IMG/VR virus record: IMGVR_UViG_3300031841_003004
Span: 1-53,364 of that record
Reading direction: 5' to 3' (one strand)
Source: a virus
Taxonomy: Duplodnaviria > Caudoviricetes
Length of the DNA: 53,364 nt
Shown here in pieces: positions 39,963-47,343 of this stretch. The notes beneath the pieces were generated by a model. It had not been told where the DNA came from, did not search any database, and saw only the letters and a list, made by a program, of their open reading frames with translations. Both the position numbers and the translations under genes were made by a program. Position 1 is the stretch's first letter; the number at the start of each line of letters is the position of its first letter.

Positions 39963-40036
39963 TTGGGGCGGCGGGATTCGAACCCGCGACTTCCTGTGTA
40001 TAAGACAGACGCTCTAACCAACTGAACTACGCCCCA
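39963..40036 (-). tRNA. trnI: tRNA-Ile (anticodon UAU)
   Basis: TGGGGCG TA GTTCAGTTGGTTAGAGC G TCTGT CTTATAC ACAGG AAGTC GCGGG TTCGAAT CCCGC CGCCCCA A. Full cloverleaf with loop CU-UAU-AC. Confidence 0.88.
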
Positions 40037-40079
40037 GTGTGATCCGCCCCGTTTACGTAGGGGGCCGTCTTGTCGAAAA

Positions 40080-40295
40080 TTATTTACTAGCCCGTTTCTT
40101 GGGTCTATTGTTTGCTCTGTTCAGAGACGATTTGATAAAACGACGGATTCTACCACCCTCGTGAGCGGCGTCCAAGCCATCACCGTTACCATACGTCCCT
40201 TTCTGACGGTTATACTTATTGAGTTCCGCTCTGTACTTTTTGGCCTTTTTGGTTTTGCCGTACTTCCTGTACTCATCTTTGTAGTCTCTTTTCAT
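40080..40295 (-). CDS. Small basic HNH-like protein
   Basis: RDYKDEY..GDGLDAAH..S.NRA.N pattern of minimal phage HNH proteins, near the terminase. Confidence 0.55.
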   Translation of the reverse strand: MKRDYKDEYRKYGKTKKAKKYRAELNKYNRQKGTYGNGDGLDAAHEGGRIRRFIKSSLNRANNRPKKRASK

Positions 40296-40296
40296 G

Positions 40297-41673
40297 TCAC
40301 CTGATTATTGTCACATGACCATTGATTATATATGACTCTCCGTATCCTTCGCATTCTACTCTGTAAATATACGTGTCGTCAGGGACATAGTATTCATCTC
40401 CTCCTAGCCAGATATCCTCAGAGTAGAAGCTCTCCCACACTATCTCTCCAGACCTAGAAAAAACTCGCATCCGCCAGTCCTTCCAACAGTCTGGGTCGGT
40501 CTCTGCTCCCCAAGCGTCGTTGACCCCGTCATTGTCTGGGGTAAACGAATTAGGGATGTAGATCTCACAGTCAGAGAACGGGTTGATACACGGCTCCCCT
40601 GTAGCACAATCCACCTCTACCATGTCGTATTCGTAAATCATAGCTGTATCTACTTGATACTCAATATTGTATATAGTGTCAGTTAAAGTAATATACGAAG
40701 TGTCGACTTCTGTAATGTACAGTGTGTCAGTTAGATACACATACGTGGTGTCGTAGAAATACCAGTTTACCGCTACAGGAATGGTGTCGTTGATTATGAC
40801 CGTATCCGTCTCAGTGATGTATAGCGTATCTGGGGGTAGCTCTATATATGTGGTATCGTAAACGAAAGTGACCACGGGTAGAATTTCTGTAATCGTGTCG
40901 TAGACAAACACCGTGTCGTACTCCAGGACTACAATGGTGTCAGGCGGCAATTCTACATACACCGTGTCATACACGTAAATGACTTCTGGTATATCTTCTG
41001 GGCAAGTGATAATCCAGTTGTCTTGCCAGTTAGAGTCCTCATACAGGCCACAACAGTCGGGAGTTATACCGCCACCAATCCCCCCTACTTCAGCCCAACC
41101 TCCGTTATCAGAATACATGGTGGGTCCGTAGCTAATCTGCCATATCACAGCCTGAATACCCAGACCCTGATTCATCCAGAAATCAAAAGCATTTAGAAGA
41201 TTAGCATACAGGCTAATCCCACCCGACTGATAGAAATCGCCCAACGGAAACGTAATGGTATCCCCAGTATAGTATGGAGGGTCTACGTTGTAATCCGACC
41301 AGACATCTAGGTTGGTCCAGTTTGTTGACGAAGTTGTGGTCGTAGCAGAGTATATCCACCCAGGATGATTACTGTCGTCGGGAATACTAAGGCCCCAAGG
41401 AAAATCCCACCCTTGGTTCATGGCGTTGCAGTTCGAGTCCAAAGCCTGGAAACCGAACTGTATCTCGGCAATCCCAGTTGGGCCCGCTGCGCCCCCGCAA
41501 CTTTCGGTGTTGTTGAACGCTACGGTTATCTCACCAGCTACTGGATCGAAGTCAAGTAGCTCTAGGTCACATTGAGCGACAGAGCTAAAAGAGAAAGCAA
41601 AACAAGCAGCCAGTAGATAGATACTAGTCTTCGTACTCCCCGTTCCATTCTTCGTTAAAATAGATGTGATCAT
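40297..41673 (-). CDS. Secreted protein with T9SS type-B (gliding-motility-associated) C-terminal domain
   Basis: Signal peptide (IYLLAACFAFSFSSVAQ), DT(V/I/L) beta-repeats and C-terminal IYIPNSFTPDNDGVNDAW...VFSRSGEIVW...YIY...GHVTIIR. Start at MITS after a TATCTTCG box. Confidence 0.8.
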   Translation of the reverse strand: MITSILTKNGTGSTKTSIYLLAACFAFSFSSVAQCDLELLDFDPVAGEITVAFNNTESCGGAAGPTGIAEIQFGFQALDSNCNAMNQGWDFPWGLSIPDDSNHPGWIYSATTTTSSTNWTNLDVWSDYNVDPPYYTGDTITFPLGDFYQSGGISLYANLLNAFDFWMNQGLGIQAVIWQISYGPTMYSDNGGWAEVGGIGGGITPDCCGLYEDSNWQDNWIITCPEDIPEVIYVYDTVYVELPPDTIVVLEYDTVFVYDTITEILPVVTFVYDTTYIELPPDTLYITETDTVIINDTIPVAVNWYFYDTTYVYLTDTLYITEVDTSYITLTDTIYNIEYQVDTAMIYEYDMVEVDCATGEPCINPFSDCEIYIPNSFTPDNDGVNDAWGAETDPDCWKDWRMRVFSRSGEIVWESFYSEDIWLGGDEYYVPDDTYIYRVECEGYGESYIINGHVTIIR

Positions 41674-41720
41674 TGTTGCACGAAGATACCCAATTAAAGG
41701 ATCCGACGCGCATGGTGTGG

Positions 41721-42044
41721 TCACTTGCTGAACTTCTCAGCGAACCCTCCAGAGTAGTCTTTTTCTTCTTCGACACGTCCATTTTCTTTGAGTTCTTTTA
41801 CCATCTGCTCCAAGGATTGCCTCTCCCTGAGAAGCTCCTTGCAGTCGATAGCGGTTTGTTTCACGGATTGAAGTTCGGCCTTCCTAGCGCTTCCAGTGAT
41901 CTCTTGGTCGACGGGCTTTTTCACCTCTTCGATCATGTTATCAATGGCGATAGCCATCGCGTCCATGAGCTTCACTGCAGCGGTAAGGGTGTTAAAGCTT
42001 GTAGAGGAGCTCCGTGACCGCGACCCTGTAGTATTCTTTGCCAT
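41721..42044 (-). CDS. Helical protein, candidate terminase small subunit
   Basis: Helical/coiled-coil ~107 aa ending GGFAEKFSK, upstream of terL. Function inferred from position only. Confidence 0.45.
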   Translation of the reverse strand: MAKNTTGSRSRSSSTSFNTLTAAVKLMDAMAIAIDNMIEEVKKPVDQEITGSARKAELQSVKQTAIDCKELLRERQSLEQMVKELKENGRVEEEKDYSGGFAEKFSK

Positions 42045-42567
42045 CGATTTTAATTCTATAGTCTCTGTTCTTTTTGAAGCCAACCACGTCGCCATGGGAT
42101 ACTCCAAGCTCTTCAAGCTCTGGGGTGTCAAAGGATACCACACCTGTAGTTACTTCTTTCTCTTGTAGGGAAACCACCTCAACGAGTCCGCTATGTCCAG
42201 GATCATCCTCCTCAACAGGCTGCAGCAGACACCAACCCTTGACAGGGTGTATGCCAGCTTTATTCTTAAAAGCAATAGCTTGATTCGCAGCAGCGTGTTC
42301 GTCGTCGTAGTGGACAACATAGTGATTGTCTTCTTTGACCAGTGGCGAACCGCCATGGATAACCACATGATGATGGAAGTACAGGGTATCTCCAGCTTCC
42401 GCGCCAGTGTTATACTTGAGTGGAGCAGCCAGGATTTTGCCTTCTGTAGTTCTGTTCTCAAACTCATTGAACTTGGTCTCTATGTACAGTTCTAGTCCCG
42501 AATCGGTGGTTATGGTGTCTTGAAGCTCTTTCTCTATTTCTACAATAAATTTATCTAGGGTCTTCAT
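41992..42567 (-). CDS. GroES-like co-chaperonin (two tandem GroES-like halves)
   Basis: TTDSGLEL..EGKILA..GDTLYF, then a second half CLLQPVEE..TGVV..GDVVGF..IKIDGKEYY. Confidence 0.65.
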   Translation of the reverse strand: MKTLDKFIVEIEKELQDTITTDSGLELYIETKFNEFENRTTEGKILAAPLKYNTGAEAGDTLYFHHHVVIHGGSPLVKEDNHYVVHYDDEHAAANQAIAFKNKAGIHPVKGWCLLQPVEEDDPGHSGLVEVVSLQEKEVTTGVVSFDTPELEELGVSHGDVVGFKKNRDYRIKIDGKEYYRVAVTELLYKL

Positions 42568-42571
42568 TATA

Positions 42572-42808
42572 TTAGAAGTTCAAATCAAATTCCAGTAAGC
42601 ATGGCATATCATCAATCGCCTTCCAAAGGTCAGTGCCCTCACTGCCTTCTATGTATACTAGGTATCTGCACTTGCCAAACTTGTGCAGGTAGGACTCGTC
42701 TTGGATAATTGCAGATACGGATCCTCGTCCTGCCTTCATCCCGACAAAGTATGCCATTCCGTTCTTGGGATCTTTTCCGATCACAAGTTTTCTAATCAAC
42801 CCCTCCAT
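42572..42808 (-). CDS. Conserved hypothetical phage protein
   Basis: IRKLVIGKDPKNGMAYFVG...WK...MP..EFDL, in an operon with the GroES-like gene. Confidence 0.6.
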   Translation of the reverse strand: MEGLIRKLVIGKDPKNGMAYFVGMKAGRGSVSAIIQDESYLHKFGKCRYLVYIEGSEGTDLWKAIDDMPCLLEFDLNF

Positions 42809-43113
42809 CAGTTCAGTGATATTCCGAGGTCTCCCAGGAGATTGTCGATATCATCGTTAGGGTCCTCAAACTGCTGGTCCATTATCTCCTTCACCATCTC
42901 CAGTTCCAGCTTGCTGTCGAGGTTGTAGCTGAACACGCTCTTGAGCTGTATCTCGTCCCCTTCTTTGGGTTGGAGGAGCTCGTCGATATCGAGGACTCCG
43001 AGCATAATCGCGCTCATCACCCTATCTTCGTAGCCGTAGCTCTTAATGAGCTCCTCGATCTGAACGATGAGCGAGTACGCTTCTGCGATAAACTCTTTGT
43101 CCTTTGCATTCAT
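42808..43113 (-). CDS. Hypothetical acidic protein
   Basis: 101 aa, TATCTTTG box 5 nt upstream, GC3-rich codons. Confidence 0.6.
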   Translation of the reverse strand: MNAKDKEFIAEAYSLIVQIEELIKSYGYEDRVMSAIMLGVLDIDELLQPKEGDEIQLKSVFSYNLDSKLELEMVKEIMDQQFEDPNDDIDNLLGDLGISLN

Positions 43114-43133
43114 AAATTCAAAGATACATAATC

Positions 43134-43550
43134 ATGCCCAAGTCGAAAGTTTCTAAAGCCAAGATGTTTCGGGATTCTTCCAGACTGAAGGCCAAATATG
43201 TCAATCATAACTACCTCAAGAACCTTCATTCTGTTCGAAAGGAGTTTTGTGCTCACCACGGCATCGACTGGAAGCATCTAGAGTTTCTGCTTTGGGCTTA
43301 CGACCTGGAGTTCTTTACTATACAGTACGCATCTGACGAGTACGGGTACAACAAAGGGAACATGGGGAACAGGATTATATTCCCGCTACAAGCTGAAGGG
43401 TATATCTACAAGCACTTCGAAAGGCTTACCCCGTCCAAGAACTTAGAGGATCACATCTTCAGAGAGGAGACCAAGTACAACTACAGGGTTAGGTATGCCA
43501 TTACGCAACGCGCAAGGCTGCTGGTTCAAAGGTTTTACCAGAGCTTGTAA
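43134..43550 (+). CDS. Winged-helix (MarR-like) DNA-binding protein
   Basis: LEFLLWAY..FF, LQAEGYIYK and YAITQRARLLV pattern. Only plus-strand gene inside the late module. Confidence 0.55.
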   Translation: MPKSKVSKAKMFRDSSRLKAKYVNHNYLKNLHSVRKEFCAHHGIDWKHLEFLLWAYDLEFFTIQYASDEYGYNKGNMGNRIIFPLQAEGYIYKHFERLTPSKNLEDHIFREETKYNYRVRYAITQRARLLVQRFYQSL

Positions 43551-43996
43551 TACGTACCCACCTCGTCCTTCTCGGCACGCATCACTCTCCCTTTGTTCTC
43601 AGTGGGGGACTTGTAACTGACATGAACCCATGCGGGGTTGGAGTCATCACCGAACTCCCATATGAGCTGATCAAAGTCCAAGCAGTCCTTGATATAGTGG
43701 AAAATCTCCGCATTGGTCACACCGCCGAAGACATCAGCATCCAGGTCCAAAGCGCGGCCTTGGCAATGCTGAGAAGTATTACTACCACCGATGGCACGAT
43801 TGAGCTTTGGCGACCTGTACCCAGACGAGACGTAGATCGGGACTTCAAAGTGATCTCGGAGAGGTTGAAAGACATGCTCTGCTATCAGTTTCAGGTTCGT
43901 GATCTGAGGGTCGTCAGGCTGATTTTTTAAACCAAGGCGACTTGCCGTCTGGCTTTTTGTACACTCTCTTAGGGTCAGGTTTTTGGACAAACGCAT
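43535..43996 (-). CDS. Peptidase M15A endolysin (Zn D-Ala-D-Ala carboxypeptidase family)
   Basis: LSKNLTL.E, SSGYRS..LN.AIGG..TSQHC.G.A.D, FDQLIWE and WVHVSY. Confidence 0.9.
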   Translation of the reverse strand: MRLSKNLTLRECTKSQTASRLGLKNQPDDPQITNLKLIAEHVFQPLRDHFEVPIYVSSGYRSPKLNRAIGGSNTSQHCQGRALDLDADVFGGVTNAEIFHYIKDCLDFDQLIWEFGDDSNPAWVHVSYKSPTENKGRVMRAEKDEVGTYYKLW

Positions 43997-44057
43997 TTCT
44001 CTTCTTATTGAAGTCTTTCAATTTCATTCTTGGGTTGAAGTAACCCTTACTCCCCAT
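43914..44057 (-). CDS. Possible small basic protein (47 aa)
   Basis: MGSKGYFNPRMKLKDFNKKR..., TAATG-coupled to the upstream stop. Overlaps the endolysin start. Confidence 0.35.
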   Translation of the reverse strand: MGSKGYFNPRMKLKDFNKKRNAFVQKPDPKRVYKKPDGKSPWFKKSA

Positions 44058-44644
44058 TAGCGGCGGACGCCTCTGCCCATCAGGATATCGGCCATGGTGA
44101 TCTTACCGTCCTTATTCAGGTCAGGGAACTTACCTCCCTTCTTGTAGATCTTGCCACCCATACCCATCTGGCGACCTGGTGCGGGCTGCCCGCCTGGTCC
44201 GCGCATCTGATTAAGAATCTCCATCAAGTCTCCAGTACGGGACTCTCCAGGACCGCCTTGCGCCTTGCGCTCGGTTTCAATGCCCTTCATCCTGCCTTCA
44301 AAAGTAGACTCGTCGAGGACATACTGCCCTTCAGAGTTCTTGATGTACGGGTAGTCCTCGTCGAAGATGTACATGTTCCCCTCTTCGTCTTGACCCTGGG
44401 CGTACTCGTTCCAGTTTCCGTACACCTTAAAGGATCCAGGAGTGTTCTGCCACTCCTCGTCAGGGGCGTCGAAGTCAAGTTCCTCCGACTTATTGACCCA
44501 GACGAACTCTTTCATCTCGCCATTGTCGGCTTGCTCACGACGAACGGTGGAAGCGAACTGGCCCATCAGGGTTCCGTTCTCCTCCCTTCCTTTTTCTTCC
44601 ATCGCCTCTCTCAGGCGGTCAGACATGGTACCTGCGTTCATCAT
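44057..44644 (-). CDS. Hypothetical protein with C-terminal GG motifs and EF-hand-like loop
   Basis: MGMGGKIYKKGGKFPDLNKDGKITMADILMGRG. Confidence 0.6.
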   Translation of the reverse strand: MMNAGTMSDRLREAMEEKGREENGTLMGQFASTVRREQADNGEMKEFVWVNKSEELDFDAPDEEWQNTPGSFKVYGNWNEYAQGQDEEGNMYIFDEDYPYIKNSEGQYVLDESTFEGRMKGIETERKAQGGPGESRTGDLMEILNQMRGPGGQPAPGRQMGMGGKIYKKGGKFPDLNKDGKITMADILMGRGVRR

Positions 44645-44646
44645 GA

Positions 44647-44850
44647 TTATCTTCTATAAAGTGAAGAGGTTCCGAGCCTAGTCCAGCCCTTCCGCTCCAT
44701 TTGTCGCTGTGTTTTCGCCTCTCTTCGGCCCTGCTGCTTCTTCTTCCGCTTTTCTTGGCGCTCCATCTTCCTCTCCGCCCTCAGGTCGGCACGATCAGCC
44801 CCCTGGGCTACGACCCTACCGCCCCTTTTGTATGACTTTTTAGCCCTCAT
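44647..44850 (-). CDS. Small basic protein
   Basis: MRAKKSYKRGGR, Arg/Lys-rich. Confidence 0.55.
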   Translation of the reverse strand: MRAKKSYKRGGRVVAQGADRADLRAERKMERQEKRKKKQQGRREAKTQRQMERKGWTRLGTSSLYRR

Positions 44851-45260
44851 CTACGAGCCCTTTTGTCCATCCTGTCTTGCTTCGCTTGCATGCGGAAGAC
44901 TTTCTTGGCAGCCTTCTTTCTAGACACGACTCTTGTTCTGTCTTTATTGTATCCGCTAGGCAGGTATTTTTCAGCACCCTTGTGTGGCTTGTGAACCCTC
45001 TTTCTAACTTCCCCAGTGGCAGCGTCCACACTTTTGTGTCTGGTTCTTTTAGCGAGACCACTAACCTTAGCAATTCCTCTCTGCTTGGTGCTTACTGCGT
45101 ACTCCTTGCCCTTACCTCTTCCGCGATGGGGATTAGTATCAACCTCAACAGACCTATACCTCTTGCCTCTTCTTGCAGAAGAGGTTCTGACACTGTCTTT
45201 TGTTTCTGCGGTTCTTTCGACTTTACCGCCTCTCTTGTATGCTTTTACTGCTTTAGCCAT
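44847..45260 (-). CDS. Small basic protein
   Basis: MAKAVKAYKRGGK, Arg/Lys-rich. Confidence 0.6.
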   Translation of the reverse strand: MAKAVKAYKRGGKVERTAETKDSVRTSSARRGKRYRSVEVDTNPHRGRGKGKEYAVSTKQRGIAKVSGLAKRTRHKSVDAATGEVRKRVHKPHKGAEKYLPSGYNKDRTRVVSRKKAAKKVFRMQAKQDRMDKRARR

Positions 45261-45261
45261 T

Positions 45262-45423
45262 TTATGCTTTTTTTCTGTCTGTAACGATCATGTTCACGAG
45301 GCTATCGAGCCATCCGAAAACCATATTGTCTTTTTCCGTCGGGGTGAGATTGACGATGATCTTAATGAACGCCATGACGCCGATCAGCAATTCTCCCCAG
45401 TTGTCAAGAATAAAATCCATCAT
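45262..45423 (-). CDS. Holin-like small membrane protein (53 aa)
   Basis: Hand translation MMDFILDNWGELLIGVMAFIKIIVNLTPTEKDNMVFGWLDSLVNMIVTDRKKA. TATATTTG box 4 nt upstream. Below the ORF-track cutoff. Confidence 0.6.
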   Translation of the reverse strand: MMDFILDNWGELLIGVMAFIKIIVNLTPTEKDNMVFGWLDSLVNMIVTDRKKA

Positions 45424-45440
45424 ACCGCAAATATAGATAA

Positions 45441-45944
45441 TTAAGAATAGTAATAAAGCTCTATGCTTTTGAAGAAGATAGTGCCGTTGAAGTCGCCGTT
45501 AGTGTCAGAAAATGACAGTTTGAAAGTACCTGGATTCGTTGCTGTTATAGTGTCGGACTGTGTTTCGCTTGTGTCTGCAGCCGTAAAGTCAGTAGGCTCC
45601 GTTCCATAAGAGCTACCAAGAATAGCTTGCACCTTAGTCTGACGATCACCCTCAAATGTAAACCCTACACTGTAGTCGGTTTGATCCGCAGGTATATTAA
45701 AAGAAGACAAGTCGAGGTGAATTTCTCTTGCTCCAGTAAACGATATTCCAGCAGTCCACTTTACAGCGTCTGTAAGACCCCCAGTAGAAGATTCAGGCGC
45801 AGATACAGTGTCCCCCATTCCCAGGGGTTCTGTCCATCCGTCGACATCCTCGGTAAAGTCGCTTTGATAAACAACAATCTTCTGAGGTGGCTGAGTAACG
45901 TCACTGCCAGCAAGGCTGCCCTTGGTAACTCCTAGTCCTAGCAT
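45441..45944 (-). CDS. Putative virion protein (MLGLG N-terminus, carbohydrate-binding-like domain)
   Basis: MLGLG start and YQSDFTEDVDGW beta-sandwich-like segment. Confidence 0.5.
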   Translation of the reverse strand: MLGLGVTKGSLAGSDVTQPPQKIVVYQSDFTEDVDGWTEPLGMGDTVSAPESSTGGLTDAVKWTAGISFTGAREIHLDLSSFNIPADQTDYSVGFTFEGDRQTKVQAILGSSYGTEPTDFTAADTSETQSDTITATNPGTFKLSFSDTNGDFNGTIFFKSIELYYYS

Positions 45945-46576
45945 TATTTCTCTAAGTATGATTTAATGGTTTCGAAGGCTTGGTAAGCCCTGGGGTTATA
46001 TCCCTGCATATCCTGTCTTTCTCTTGGGTTGTAGCGTGCCCTTGCGAAGTCCTCCTCGCTCCCCTCAAACAAAAGGTTTCGAAGCTTACCGTCAACGTAG
46101 TTTCTTCTGTACTGATCGTAGCCATCCTCAGCATACCCCTCCTCTCTATCCTTACTGTACCAGTACCTGATCTCCCCCTCGTCTAGGCTGCTGCCAAACT
46201 CCTGCAGCAACCTCCTGAACTGAGGGTCAGCATCGGCCATACCGTGCAGCAAGTCCAAAGCAACAGCTTGAGAATCGTTGGTATCGGGGTTTACCAGAAC
46301 CGTGTGCCTCCCCCTGGGGGACGGCCTGTCTACCACGCTACCAGAAGGGTATGTAATCGCCTCCTGATCGGGACCGTAATACTCGATGTCCCCTATACCA
46401 GTCAGGTCTCTAGTAAATTCCCTGTCTGGGACGACGCTAATGTCACCAAGCCTCCTCAGAGCAGGGAAACGCTGCAGAGCCTCACTCAAAAGACGGTCCC
46501 CCACCTCTTGATTAGATGGCATCTCCGCCAACCTGCCCAGCAGGTCCCCTACTTTACCGCCTTTGACTGGCCTCAT
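45944..46576 (-). CDS. Hypothetical protein
   Basis: Start MRPVKGGKV at 46576, after a TATATTTG box at 46581-46588. Confidence 0.55.
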   Translation of the reverse strand: MRPVKGGKVGDLLGRLAEMPSNQEVGDRLLSEALQRFPALRRLGDISVVPDREFTRDLTGIGDIEYYGPDQEAITYPSGSVVDRPSPRGRHTVLVNPDTNDSQAVALDLLHGMADADPQFRRLLQEFGSSLDEGEIRYWYSKDREEGYAEDGYDQYRRNYVDGKLRNLLFEGSEEDFARARYNPRERQDMQGYNPRAYQAFETIKSYLEK

Positions 46577-46705
46577 GACGCAAATATAACAAGATAGTAC
46601 TTGCGCCAGCACAGCAATACAGCTTCCAGACTTTCGTCCAACTCAAAAAACCTTTTGGGAAGCTTATCGCAACTCGGATGTCCATCATCGCGCTGAGCTG
46701 CTTGG

Positions 46706-46737
46706 CGAAGTTACAGGGAATTTTTGACATATGCAAG
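46706..46737 (-). promoter_or_regulatory. Leftward Bacteroidota-type promoter
   Basis: CTTG-N20-TAACTTCG on the minus strand. Confidence 0.5.
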
Positions 46738-47263
46738 TCTTTAAGCAAGATTCTAACGCATCCAAGCTAATTTGCTGTGTTAGAACAGAGTATCTGCTTA
46801 AAAAAGGGGGTGAGTAATACAGATCCTGGGGAGGGTACGTACCTATACACGCACGCGCACGTACACCCAAACGCATTTGCGTACCCCGACCCCCTGCATA
46901 ATGCGCACCGTCGGCAAAACTTTCAGCGTTTTGGTATCTGCTTGGTAGTCAAGGGGTTAACCTACTTAAGTTGCAGCACCGCTTGAGGTCTCTTTCACCC
47001 CGACTTCATTGCCGCTACGGGACACACCCTACCCCCCTCACCTCACACACGAAACCACACTCCATTCCGCTTGCATTATACACGCCGAATCACGCAGGGT
47101 TTCACACAGGAAGCTTCGCTTCGCGAGGGGCTTCGTCGAATCAGGTTCGTCAAGCTGTTTGGCACGATGGTTGGTATCGCCGCGTACATCATACTAATCT
47201 TCGCGTGTTTTCACGCGCATAATGCGATCAGGAAAAATCGCGCACCAGATTGTCGGCTTCAGA

Positions 47264-47297
47264 TTTGAGATTGTCCGAGAACTTAGCCTTAACTTTG
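47264..47297 (+). promoter_or_regulatory. Early promoter 1 (Bacteroidota -33/-7)
   Basis: TTTG-N22-TAACTTTG before the first plus-strand gene. Confidence 0.65.
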
Positions 47298-47343
47298 TCG
47301 GGCCGTTCAGCACCGAAGCTGTCGGTTTCAAACACTCGCCGTC

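Noticed and set aside
39995-40008. TGTGTATAAGACAG resembles the Nextera/Tn5 mosaic end (AGATGTGTATAAGAGACAG)
   Set aside because: It lacks two internal bases and the AGA prefix, and it forms the paired anticodon arm of an intact tRNA, so adapter contamination is unlikely.
1-46576. Stop-codon reassignment as in some crAss-like phages
   Set aside because: Genes are full length and tightly packed in the standard code, and neither tRNA is a suppressor.
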